DNA of 64,000 nucleotides from a virus: IMG/VR virus record IMGVR_UViG_3300042885_000570, positions 1 to 64,000 of that record; one strand, 5' to 3'. Shown piece by piece: positions 1 to 11,200 of this stretch (position 1 is its first letter; each line of letters starts with the position of its first letter). The notes under the pieces were generated by a model. It saw only the letters and a program-made list of their open reading frames with translations, ran no database searches and was not told where the DNA came from. The position numbers and the translations under genes were made by a program.

Positions 1-2
1 AA

Positions 3-581
3 AAATCACACCCAAAAGATTGGATGGAAGATCAAAGAAAGCTACATTTGTTTATCTCAATGGAGTTTGATTTACTTAACTATAGTGAGCTTGATACAAC
101 AGAGGATGTTGATTTAGAATTTGTTGACCCATTAGAGTTAAATTATGGTGAGCCAGAAAATCAGTTAAATATTCTTAATGAGATTGAGAAAGCTGAAATA
201 GAAGCTGATTTAGTTCAAGCTATTGAAGAAAGAGAAGAAGCTGAAAAAGATGTTTTATTCTATGAAGATCCAGCAGGTAATACTTTTGAAGCACCTGTAG
301 TTGATGATATCAAGATTCACATTGAGTCTGATGAAGAATATAATGCTAGAGTAGCTGCAATAGAAGGTGAACCTGAAATTGAAGCAGAATTACCAACTTT
401 TGATCAGATTATCTTTGAGGGACTTAAAGCTGCAGATGAAGCTAAACTTAAAGCAACACTTGAAGTAGTAGAGGTTAAACTTACTGAAACTAAGGTAGTT
501 GATGATTGGGATGATGATGATTTTAATTTTGATTTAGATGATACTAAAAAGGATGACCACGGTGGTGAATTCTTTTTGTAA
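3..581 (+). CDS. C-terminal part of a hypothetical protein with a long acidic tail (5'-truncated by window; possibly DUF932-like)
   Basis: Frame is open from position 3 (KSHPKDWMEDQRKLH...), so the ATG at 24 is probably internal. The remainder is extremely D/E-rich. The DUF932 resemblance rests on a few residues only. Confidence 0.55.
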   Translation, partial: KSHPKDWMEDQRKLHLFISMEFDLLNYSELDTTEDVDLEFVDPLELNYGEPENQLNILNEIEKAEIEADLVQAIEEREEAEKDVLFYEDPAGNTFEAPVVDDIKIHIESDEEYNARVAAIEGEPEIEAELPTFDQIIFEGLKAADEAKLKATLEVVEVKLTETKVVDDWDDDDFNFDLDDTKKDDHGGEFFL

Positions 582-624
582 GACACTTGCTCCAAGGGAG
601 TATAGTTAAACAAATATATCAATC

Positions 625-656
625 AAGTGGGTACAGAAATGTATCCACTTTTTTTT
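625..656 (+). terminator. Rho-independent terminator
   Basis: Stem AAGTGGGTACA / TGTATCCACTT, GAAA tetraloop, followed by a T-run, just downstream of the first ORF. Confidence 0.75.
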
Positions 657-677
657 ATCTTTACAAAAAATAAAATT

Positions 678-1076
678 ATGTTAAAGCAATTACAAGCAGT
701 AAAGGATTTCCATGAGGGATTTCAACAAATAAATGGTACAGAACCTATATTAATCAGTCATGATGAAGTTCAATTAAGACATAGACTTATGGCTGAAGAG
801 AATGATGAGTATATTCAAGCAGCTTTAGAGGGTACTGCTAGTGCAGAAGAAAGACTAACAGGTATTGCTGATGCATTAGGTGATCAACTTTATATATTAT
901 GCGGTACTATACTAAAACATGGTATGCAGCATATCATAGAAGATGTGTTTGCTGAGATTCATAGTTCTAATATGAGTAAGTTAGATTCCGATGGTAAACC
1001 ACTTTTAAGAGAAGATGGTAAAATCCTTAAGGGACCTGGTTATTTTAAACCAAACCTTAAACAATTCATTAAGTAA
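678..1076 (+). CDS. MazG-like / PRA-PH family NTP pyrophosphohydrolase
   Basis: Motifs EENDE, IADALGDQLY, EIHSSNMSKL, GKPLLREDGKILKG. The ATG at 678 is preferred to the GTG at 627, which lies inside the terminator. Confidence 0.9.
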   Translation: MLKQLQAVKDFHEGFQQINGTEPILISHDEVQLRHRLMAEENDEYIQAALEGTASAEERLTGIADALGDQLYILCGTILKHGMQHIIEDVFAEIHSSNMSKLDSDGKPLLREDGKILKGPGYFKPNLKQFIK

Positions 1077-1291
1077 TGGAGGCAATATTAAAATTTAATT
1101 TACCTGAAGAGGCAGAAGATTTTAAGAGTGCAGTTGATGGTTATAAGTTTAAGCTTATAGTATGGGACATGGATCAGCATTTAAGATCTATTGCTAAGTA
1201 TAGTGAAGATGATGTTACAGCTAATATAGCACAAGAATTTAGAGACAAATTGCATGAGTATATTTCTGATTATAATGTATCAATAGAATGA
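1076..1291 (+). CDS. Small conserved phage hypothetical protein
   Basis: 71-aa ORF translationally coupled to the upstream gene (TAATG). Starts MEAILKFNLPEE, typical of small phage proteins. Confidence 0.75.
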   Translation: MEAILKFNLPEEAEDFKSAVDGYKFKLIVWDMDQHLRSIAKYSEDDVTANIAQEFRDKLHEYISDYNVSIE

Positions 1292-1443
1292 AAGCAAAGT
1301 ATAACAATAAGACAGTTTATGTAAAGCATGTATCAGATGATAATGAATATGCTATAGTAACTTATGATAAAAGTAAACTTAGAGGTTTATTTAAAGTAAA
1401 CATACCAGATTTATCAGAGTTAAATATTAAAAAGTTAAAATAA
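1288..1443 (+). CDS. Small hypothetical protein (51 aa, not in ORF track)
   Basis: ATGA overlap with the previous gene. MKAKYNNKTVYVKHVSDDNEYAIVTYDKSKLRGLFKVNIPDLSELNIKKLK fills the gap exactly. Confidence 0.65.
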   Translation: MKAKYNNKTVYVKHVSDDNEYAIVTYDKSKLRGLFKVNIPDLSELNIKKLK

Positions 1444-1451
1444 GAGAAGTC

Positions 1452-1736
1452 ATGGGAACTAAAGAGGAAATGGATTTAAAAATCAAAAAACAAGCTGAAA
1501 AGATAATGCTTGCATTAGCTGGTATCTTTTTTATTGGATGTATGGTGTATGTTTTTAAAAAGAAAAACATTGAAGTTAGTGCTTGTGACTGTGCAGATTT
1601 ATCTAGTAAATCTCAGTTAATGGGAGAATGGAACATGAAAGAATCTGATAGAAACAAACTCATTGAATGTGAGTCAGTATATACATATTCAGAGGAAGCA
1701 TACAATGCTTGTGTAAATGGAATGTTGTACAAATAA
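1452..1736 (+). CDS. Small membrane-anchored protein with Cys-containing soluble domain
   Basis: Hydrophobic helix IMLALAGIFFIGCMVYVF, then SACDCA...IEC...NAC. Confidence 0.65.
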   Translation: MGTKEEMDLKIKKQAEKIMLALAGIFFIGCMVYVFKKKNIEVSACDCADLSSKSQLMGEWNMKESDRNKLIECESVYTYSEEAYNACVNGMLYK

Positions 1737-1743
1737 AATAATT

Positions 1744-1777
1744 AAGGGAGAGCCACTACGGTTCTCCCTTTTTTTTT
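1744..1777. terminator. Terminator at the convergence of the two gene blocks (probably bidirectional)
   Basis: Stem AAGGGAGAGCC / GGTTCTCCCTT, T-run on the right and A/T-rich sequence on the left, between convergent genes. Confidence 0.8.
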
Positions 1778-1912
1778 CTACCTGCCCTGGCCGCGGTTTC
1801 CTTTTTTATACAACTTTGAGCTTTTCAGCTTAGATGTTTTAGTTTTAGCATGAATACCTGGTCTTTGCACTTTTGCTGAGACTCCTGCGCCTCCTGTTGT
1901 TTTACCTGTCAT
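1778..1912 (-). CDS. Small basic protein (44 aa, not in ORF track)
   Basis: MTGKTTGGAGVSAKVQRPGIHAKTKTSKLKSSKLYKKGNRGQGR. Starts 4 nt after the 1099-aa gene and ends at the terminator. Confidence 0.7.
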   Translation of the reverse strand: MTGKTTGGAGVSAKVQRPGIHAKTKTSKLKSSKLYKKGNRGQGR

Positions 1913-1916
1913 TGTT

Positions 1917-4900
1917 TTATCTTATTAAACTTTCAAATCCTTTAACTGCTTCACCTGGATCAATATTATTTCCTGAAAAACCCATAAGTTTTAAGAAATA
2001 TGCCCAAGCTTTATTATCTCCTTTTTCCCATATACCAGTATCTCTCTTATATGTTTCAGTAATATTCCAAGGTAATATTTGGTTAGCAAAACGTGCAGTT
2101 CTTTCTAATGTACCAGTAATTGCTGATGGTGATTTAATTACACGCATAGCATCTGTAGGACTTATGTAACTTGCCGTTTCACTACGCATTCTGACTAACT
2201 CATACATTAAAAAATTATACACATAACTTTTTCTTACTGCTTCATCATCATCATCATCTCCACTAAATGCATAAGCTAACATTGCTGCTAAACCAGCTAA
2301 TCCTAATATAATAGATAATTCAGTTAATGTTCTTGTTATCTGTGCTTTTTCAAAATCAGAATATGTTGCCCAATTTTTAAAAACATTAAGTTTCATTTTT
2401 TTTATGTCTTTAAGCATTGTAGCATTAAAAGTTCTATAGTAACCTTCTACAGGATTACCTAACTCTTGATCCATTGATGCTTTTTTAAACCTTCTTTTAT
2501 ATCCCGGTACTAAATGTTTTTTATACATTAAAGCAAGTCTACCTAATGAAAATCTTTGTACTGTTGCTTTATCAAAATCATTATAAACCCCATGTAATCT
2601 TTTACTTAATGCATGTAATTTATTCTGTAAATCAAATCTTTTCTTAGATGTAAACTCTGTATTATCATATATACCTTCTGGACCATATTTTTTATATGCT
2701 TCAAGTACACTTATTTCTTCTCCAGTATTAGTATCTATTGTTTTTGTAGCTTCCATTAAGGCAAACATTGAAGATACTTGTATTTCATATTCTCCCCAAT
2801 GCTGGTTAAAAAATAGTGTGTCTGTTCTCATTAGTTTAATTACAGCTGACTGAGATATATTCTTACCATATGCATCTTTATAGTTACCCTGCATTGGATC
2901 AAACTCTTCAATCATCTTACCAACCCATGATGTCGGTGTTGACTTACCAAAGTCACTAAATAAATCTGGTACAGATTTAGCAAATTCTATTTTACCTTTA
3001 TGTAAGTTTTTAACAGAAAAGTATTCACCTGAACTTGCTTCAATAATTAATTGGATATTACCTTGTAAACTATTTGCAACACCTTTTAATAAATCTGCAG
3101 CAATAGTTGTAATAGCTGAAAAACCAGTAATTGTATTTGTAATCTTAGCTGCAGAAAAACCAAGAATATCTTCTGCTTTTTGCATTTCATTATACACAAC
3201 CATATCAATAAATGCATCAACATGTCTTTTAGAATAACTTTCACCATTCTGTCTTAAAAATTCAGTAAAACCTATTTTCTTAGCAAAAGCATCCATGATT
3301 GGTTTACCTTTTGAATTAGTTTGAATTACCTCTCTTTCTCCAATAATAGTTTTAAACATATTGATCTCATTACCAATTTTATTTAAAGCATCATATTTAT
3401 TAGCCATTGAGTTAAATATCAATACAGATCTTACTAAATCTAAACTTACCTCAGATGCATCCATATTACGTGTATAATCTACAGGTAAAAATTTAACACC
3501 TTCTTCAGATAAATTAGCAATTCCAAATTCTACATCATTTGCTGTAATAGATGTTGCTTCTTTAAATTTATGTTTTGCTAGATCTTTTAAACCCTTAGCC
3601 TGAGCTCTTTCTAAATCTGTTTTAAAAATTGATGGTAATAAATAACCTCTTTTTTGTGCATCAGGTAGTTTTTCTTGTGCTCCAAGATACATATCTACTA
3701 AATACTTATGATATTCACCTTTTGGATTCTTAGGTGTACCGTCAACATTATATAGTTTTTTCCAGTTTTCATTAAGATATTTAGATGATGGCTCACTTAA
3801 TTCACCTTTGTAGTATACATTACCTTTTTCAGTTACTACTTTAACGCTATCAAGCCATCCATCATATTCATCTTGAGTTAATAGTTTTGCATTTTTTAAT
3901 TTAAGTTTTGCTGCAATAATCTTATCTATTTCTTCTTGACTTTTAGAATTAGTATTATCTTTAAACCATTGATTTTTAACACGTTTTTGTTCAGCATCAG
4001 ACATTCCAGCAAGTGAAGCAAACATAGCTTTCTTTGATGCATTAAATTTATTTATATCATGCTTTTGAACAAAAGCCATTCTTCTTATTTCTTCAACTGT
4101 ACCGTCACTTTTTTCATTTATAGTTACTAGCTCTTCATATAATCCTTCATTAAATTTAGCTGGATTATTTTGACTAGCAGATTGAGTATCTTTATATTTA
4201 TCAAATTCTGCACTTGCTAATCTTTTAATTTGAACATCACTAAGTCTAGCAACTTCTAATTCTGTTTTAACAGCTCTTGCAAATAACCCAAGTGACTGGT
4301 CATTAGATGATATTAATGGACTAATTAAATAATCAATTACACCTTCATCTTGACTAGCTTTAGTTAATAGTTCAACAAGTGATTTTTTATCAAGTGAAAA
4401 GTTTTGCCATGTATTAATTGAATCTTCAAGTGCTTTAATCTCTTTTTCTTTTTTCTTATCAGACATGTTAGTAGAAGCTTTAACTTCATCAAGTCTTTTC
4501 TTTAATGTCTCAAGATGCGGTAATACTTTTTCTTCAATACCTTCTGCTTGATATTGTAATAACCAGTCAGCCATTAATGGAATACCTATTTGTACATATT
4601 TCTTTTTAATATTATTTCTTATTGTAACGGCATCTGAAAGCATATCTTGTGCAGTTTTATTTGTATCAGGATCTCTATCATCTTTTCCAGCAGAGAAAAA
4701 ATTATATACATCTTGTTTATTTATCTCATCTAATATAGAGTATCCATTAGCAAACTCATTTATAGCTGATAACTCATTTAATATATCTTTGTTATCTTCT
4801 GTACCAACTTTACTTAAAATTGCATCAAATCTTTTTTTAGCATGTTGAGCTTCTTCAAAAGCATCTTTAACAAACATATTAATTGAGTCAACACCATCTA

Positions 4901-5216
4901 ATGCTTTTAGGGTCTCAAGTAGTTTTTCTTTTTTCTTTTTAAAAACCTCTTGATCTTTAACTTTTCTACCCTCAAACATTTTTATCTCCTTGCTTACATA
5001 TAGACGCATTTTATCTACTAAAGATGATAAGTTATCATCTCTAGTATCTTCTGGATCTATACCTGTTGCAGGTTCAGTTTCTTTATACTCATTTAAATCT
5101 GCATCATAATTATATCCACGTTCTGTCCATAATTCTAGTGCTCTTTCTTCATTACCATTAGCTTCTTTAAGAATATCCTGATACTCTTGACTAGTTTTAA
5201 TTGGGCATGTTAACAT
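1917..5216 (-). CDS. Large virion cargo/ejection protein (crAss-like, downstream of vRNAP)
   Basis: 1099 aa, mostly helical, C-terminal hydrophobic segment (LSIILGLAGLAAMLAYAF). Last of three giant ORFs; overlaps the vRNAP stop. Single Cys at position 4. Confidence 0.75.
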   Translation of the reverse strand: MLTCPIKTSQEYQDILKEANGNEERALELWTERGYNYDADLNEYKETEPATGIDPEDTRDDNLSSLVDKMRLYVSKEIKMFEGRKVKDQEVFKKKKEKLLETLKALDGVDSINMFVKDAFEEAQHAKKRFDAILSKVGTEDNKDILNELSAINEFANGYSILDEINKQDVYNFFSAGKDDRDPDTNKTAQDMLSDAVTIRNNIKKKYVQIGIPLMADWLLQYQAEGIEEKVLPHLETLKKRLDEVKASTNMSDKKKEKEIKALEDSINTWQNFSLDKKSLVELLTKASQDEGVIDYLISPLISSNDQSLGLFARAVKTELEVARLSDVQIKRLASAEFDKYKDTQSASQNNPAKFNEGLYEELVTINEKSDGTVEEIRRMAFVQKHDINKFNASKKAMFASLAGMSDAEQKRVKNQWFKDNTNSKSQEEIDKIIAAKLKLKNAKLLTQDEYDGWLDSVKVVTEKGNVYYKGELSEPSSKYLNENWKKLYNVDGTPKNPKGEYHKYLVDMYLGAQEKLPDAQKRGYLLPSIFKTDLERAQAKGLKDLAKHKFKEATSITANDVEFGIANLSEEGVKFLPVDYTRNMDASEVSLDLVRSVLIFNSMANKYDALNKIGNEINMFKTIIGEREVIQTNSKGKPIMDAFAKKIGFTEFLRQNGESYSKRHVDAFIDMVVYNEMQKAEDILGFSAAKITNTITGFSAITTIAADLLKGVANSLQGNIQLIIEASSGEYFSVKNLHKGKIEFAKSVPDLFSDFGKSTPTSWVGKMIEEFDPMQGNYKDAYGKNISQSAVIKLMRTDTLFFNQHWGEYEIQVSSMFALMEATKTIDTNTGEEISVLEAYKKYGPEGIYDNTEFTSKKRFDLQNKLHALSKRLHGVYNDFDKATVQRFSLGRLALMYKKHLVPGYKRRFKKASMDQELGNPVEGYYRTFNATMLKDIKKMKLNVFKNWATYSDFEKAQITRTLTELSIILGLAGLAAMLAYAFSGDDDDDEAVRKSYVYNFLMYELVRMRSETASYISPTDAMRVIKSPSAITGTLERTARFANQILPWNITETYKRDTGIWEKGDNKAWAYFLKLMGFSGNNIDPGEAVKGFESLIR

Positions 5217-8200
5217 ATTGCTTTAAGTATTTTATTTATTAAATTATTTAACTGAGCTTGAGTTTCAACTTTTTCAATTGCACCATATACATCATTAATA
5301 TCAATTCCCTTTTCTGCAAGTATTTGATCTAATTTGTAACTTGTAATACCACTTGATAATTGTTTTGTAAAGTTAATTAATTGTTTTCTATTAACTGGTT
5401 TATTAGATGGAATTTCTTCTACTTGAGCACCTGTAAACATATTTATGTTTTTAAGAAACATTGTACCTGAAGCTTCATCTACTAAATCATAAAGCTTCAT
5501 GTTATTTAATACCCATTTTCTTTGATCAACTATAAACTCTTTAGGTAACTTACCTTGTTTAGTTACTTCAGCATTGAATGCTTCCATGTCTTGATTTATC
5601 TCTGCTTTTTCAGAGGCAGCTTCAGCAAATGCAGCTTTTGCAAGAGCAATGACAGCTTTTCTATCACCATTATTCTCAGGCCATTTCATTATATCACCTG
5701 TTCTAACAGATATAATTACATCTTTATTATTAACAACATATTTTGCAGTTACTGCAATGCCTTCTTTATCTATATATGTTCTACGTTCTACTATAACTGC
5801 TCTACCTTGTTTTACTGCAAGATTAGCAAATATTTTATTTCTATCAGAACTAGCTTCTTTAAATACTTCAACACCATTTTTATTAAAGATACTAGCACCT
5901 TCAACAGTGTATGTTTGAGTTTTTTGACCTGTAGGTTTATAAGTTACTGTGTTATCAGATTGTACATTTTCATCAGTTGTTTCATCTTCAGTTTGTCTTT
6001 GTATATTTCCATTAACAAAGTTTTTAAATCCTTCTATATCTTGTTTATTTCCTAATATATGAGCATTATCAGTACTTAATATTGCATAATTAGTACTTTT
6101 ACCAGGATCTTTAATGTTTTTTGCTATTACAGCATCATTTGAGTTTTTTGCAGCAGTGTTAATAAGTCTAGTTAACTCTGTTTTAGCTCCTAATGTTCCA
6201 TCAGGCTGATCAACAAAAGGTTGTCCATTAAAATCTTTTATTATAGGATTTTTAATATTTAATACAACTTTTTTAGTATTATTAATAAAGCCTCCTTTTT
6301 TAATAAGTTCATCTATTTCCTTTTGTATTCTTTGCTTATCTTCAATAGAAACATTTTTTTTTCTTTTTAAATAATCAGTCATATTGATAATGTCTGTATA
6401 CATCATCTTACTATATTCTTCTTTAAGATAATTAATACTATCTATTGTATTTAAGCCTTTTTCTCTTAAACCTTTTAATTGTGGAACAATTTCAGGAAAT
6501 TGCTTTTTAAGAAGATTGTAATCTTCTTGTAAGTTATTAGACATAGACAACTTAAATAAACCTTTTGCAATTTTCAAGCGTTTTTCTTGTGTTCCTATTA
6601 AACTATAACTATGGGCTGTATATTCACTATCTGTAAAAAAAGTAGCTAATTCTGAATCAAATTTTTCATTAGTTGTAGATTTACCTGTATTAACCCCCCT
6701 TAGAGTTGAGTCAAATTTATCAAATAAATAAGGAGTACCATGATAAACAATATCTTTTACTATACTATTAGGAAAAATAGTATCAAGATATGCAGAGTAT
6801 TGTTCTGGTGTACCAATATCAGATAACTCTGGTCTATCTTTAAATAAATCTTCTACACCTTCTTTAACTTCAGTTACTGGAGCTTGTTGTTGAGTAGTAC
6901 TAAATCTAGCTTTAAACTGTTGTTCATTAGAAATATCTTTACCTTCTATGTTTCTAAATGTCCAACCTTTTGGAGCTAATATAGTAGTAGGTATACCTAA
7001 TTTAATTCCAGCTTTAGCTCCAGCTTCGTCAAATCCTGTCTGCCCCCCTGTTCTAATGGAAACTATTTTATTCTTAAGATCAGGAGATTCTAATACACCT
7101 TGCAATATTCTATAAGTCATTAAATCTACTTCTTCTTGACTCCATCCTGCATCTTTCATAGTATATATACCATTTCCTGCTATATTTAATGTTGTAGCAT
7201 TTACTGAATTTAATTGATCTACTACAATTTTAATTTGAGTTCTTATATTAGCTTTACTTATATCAGAGGTTTCTGTTTTTTTAGGAATATTTAAAGGTAT
7301 ATATTTTTTATTTTGACCTAATACAGAAGACTTAGTTAATCTTTCTCCAGCAGAATTAAAATCATAAGCTAAAGCAATAGTTGCATCTGCAGAAGCATTT
7401 TTAACAGTTCTATTTTTATATCCTGTTGTAGGTTCTTCTTGAAAGTCTATTTCAACACTAGTAGATGGTTGAGTATTCCAATCATATTTATTAATTAAAT
7501 AATCTAAAGCTGTAGCATGAGACGGTTCTCCAAGTTCTGCATAATATTGAAGTTGTCTTCCTTTTAATTTACCTGATTTTAAAACATCTAGAATAAATGC
7601 TTTTCTTTTTGGTTTAACATCTTTAAATTTATCAGTAGTTAACCAATCAATATAATTTATAACTGCTTCTTTAGTAGTATTAGTTTTTATAGTACCTGTT
7701 CTAATAAAATGAGCCCAAGGATTACTAAAACTATTTATATCACTAACCATTTCCATAGTATAAACTCTATTATTAGCTTTTGCTTCTTTTATATTAGCAT
7801 CCCTATCATATTTACCATCTTTAGTTTTAATATTAGAAATAACTACATTTTTATTTTCTAATTGAGAATATATATCATTACTATTAACACTAGTAGACGG
7901 TTGAGCACCAAAAGTCATCCCTTGACCACCGGCAGATACTACACCTTTAGGTACATATTTTTCATTTTCAACTTCTATATCAACATCTGTATCTTTTATG
8001 TTAGAAGCTTTGCGTGAAGCTCTTGATAAAATATAATTATTTTGACCAACACCATTTTCAAATAATAAATTATCTATTATATCTAATGTTTTATCTTTTG
8101 ACTCAGAATCTAAAGCTAAAAATTCTCTTGATGCAGGCTCTATTATTTCAAAGAATGTAGTATCTGGTAAGACATAGCTTAAACCATATTTAGTACTACC

Positions 8201-11200
8201 TACTCCATTTTGTAGAATAGACATAAGAGGTAACATTTTAAACATGTCTGATATCTCTTTGTTTTGCTCCGGATCATTTACTTTAATAATATTATCATCA
8301 GCAAGATCAACTAAGTTTTGGTGATAAGCTTCAGCTAATGCACCTTTAACAGCAGATTTATTATTTAATGTTAATGTTGTAGTATATGTAACTTCTGCAC
8401 CTTTTTTACTTCTTACTGGTATATCAGTAATTTGTTCAAGTATAGGATACAATTCTTTTAAGTGAGAATGCTCACTCAACATTATCATAAAATTATCAAT
8501 ATATTCTTTTGAGTCTATATCTGTAAATGACTCTGGTATTCCAGGGAAAGATTCCTCAGTAGTGATAATATTGTTTAGTTTATTCTGATAGATATAATTC
8601 ACTATTGCATTTTTGTATGCAGTTATATATGCTTCAACACCATCTTTACCTTCACCAAATTTCTTAGTTATTTGACCACCTTTTCTTGTAATGGTTTTAA
8701 CCATGTGATCTGATACATTTTTATTATTTGTTACATTAAATAAAGGTGATACTATATCTGTAATAATCATTTTATCAAAGAAGGTACCTAATATAGATTC
8801 TTCTTGGAGCTTTCTTGCTAATTCAGGTTCTATTTTAGATGAATCTGCAGCTTCTTCAAGTGATAAAGACTTTTGTGTTACTTCCTGTATTGTTTTTGAA
8901 GTCTTAGTATCAGGATTAGCTTGTCTTTTTAAATTAGATAAGCCTTTTATCTCTTTCTCAAATTCAATAAAGTGTAAGAATGCTTTTATTGCAGAATCAC
9001 TAGTAAAATCATTATTATCAATATTTGTTTTTAATTCAGCTTCACTAAATTTATTAACATCTTTTGTTAAAACTTGTGTAACATAATACCAGTTATCATT
9101 TGAAAGTAAATGAGATGTAGTAACCTTTTTATATAAAGGTATTTGAACTTTTTGACCATAATCATCTAACTCAGGATTACCCTCTTCATCTAATTTATAT
9201 TTTACTACGGCATTGAATATATCAGATATGTTATCCTTTTTAATAGTATTATTAGCAATTGCTTTAAGTAACTCCTTTGGTGCAAAAACTTTAAAAGTAC
9301 CGTCTTTAAATTTAACTTTTACCTTATCTTTAGTAGCTTTAAGAGCATCAAACATTTTTAAGTTACTTGCATCTCTAGATAAGTATGGATATCTAAAACT
9401 TATTCCTGATACAGCTAATGTATTTTGTAATGCTATATATTTTTCATTTTCATTAGCTGATACACCATTATCAGTAACATTAGCAAATGCACTACCTATT
9501 AATCTTTGTTGTCTTGCATACTCTTTTACTAATGGTTGAGACACAAAATAGATAGCTTCTCTTTTAGGTACACCTGCTTTTAATAATGAAAGTAATACGG
9601 GTACTATTTCTTTATTAGCTTGAATAAAGAATATCCATGCATCTTTCTCAACATCCACAGATCCATTCATCAAGTGAGATATTAAATCCGCAATCTTATC
9701 CTGGTTATCAGAACTATTAATTTTTGATAAAGATATTCTACCATCATTTGTTTTATTATGATTAAGTAGCAATCTCATTTCATAATCTATCTCTGGTACT
9801 TCAACATATCTTTTATTCTCATTATCCCATGTTTGATGTTTATATGTTTTTGGTAATGCTGCACCTAATGATGTAAGCAACGGATGTAATGCATTTTCTA
9901 ATGCAATAATACCTAATACATCTTTACCAATCATATTCGCCTCATGTTTGTGTAAGTTGTAACCTACCTCTAATACATTTGTTGGACTAATAGTTTTAAA
10001 TTCTTTATACTCAGGAGATGAATTAACAAGTTCATCAGCTATATCTTTTAATAAGTAAGTGTCATTTGGTCTTACTAATGTAGCATAGTTATCTGGTAAC
10101 TCAAGAATACCTCTGATTGAATCAATTAATCTATTTTCTAATGCAGCTTTTTGCATTTTAATTAATCTTTTCATCTCACCTTTATCACCACTCTTCTTAG
10201 CTGCATTAATCTGAGTCTCAAATTTCTTAGCATCCATGCTTGTTTCTATATAGTGACCTTCTGCATCTATATTAGGCATGAAAGTAGTAAGCTTATCAAC
10301 GTCAAAATCTGCTCCTGACTTAGCAACTATTTCTGATGGAGGAATAATAATGTTACCTGCAGACGGATCTAAGAATTCATACACTTCCATAAACTCCATA
10401 GAGTTTAATCCTTGTACTGGAATCCTTACAGCTGTCATAGTAATTGCTTTACGGTTATTACCTTTATTCAACCACTCATCATTCTTGATCATCTCATTTA
10501 ATCTCTCTCTTGTACCAATAGGTTTTTTATCAATATGATTAAGCTTTAAGAGATTTTTAAAGTCACCTTGTAATGCAATAGCAACTTTCATTGCAGTTGT
10601 TTTACCATCTGCACCTGGATAGTAAAATGGTAAGTTATTACTACCTAAGTATTTCTCTATGTCTTTAGTATTTGCTTTATCAAATTTAAAACCTGAATCC
10701 CACAATCCATTAGACATAGAACTAGCTACTTGTACTAATGCTTCACCTTTTACTTTTTGTTTTACTATTCTTTTTTCTACAAGAGATACTAATATTTTTT
10801 CAATATCATCAGCTAATAAGTGTAAAGACAAATCTTTTGTAATCTTATTATCTTTACCTACCTGTATATACTTAATTAAGTGCTCTGGTAAATCCTTTCT
10901 TTCTAGCTCTCTTTGAACTACATCCATGAACTTACTAATATCACCACTTACATATTTACCGTTTACTTTCTCATAGCCAATCTCCTCAAGTAATTCTGTT
11001 TTAAGAAGATCTGTATAATCATTGATAGCTGTTTCATATGCTTTAACATATGGAGCATAGTCTTTATTTACTATTTCTCCATCTTGGTATAAACCTTCAA
11101 GAATAAGTTTTCTTAACTGAGTTGAGAATACTGTTTTACCTTTATACTTAGTTGGTACTGCTGTAACATTCTTTAAGTTAGATAAGTATATAGTATTAGG

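Noticed and set aside
627-677. GTG start giving an N-terminal extension of the MazG-like protein
   Set aside because: Overlaps the terminator hairpin; the ATG at 678 has an A-rich initiation context.
2242-2258. (TCA)n microsatellite
   Set aside because: Encodes a short poly-Asp run in the 1099-aa protein; in frame, with no sign of phase variation.
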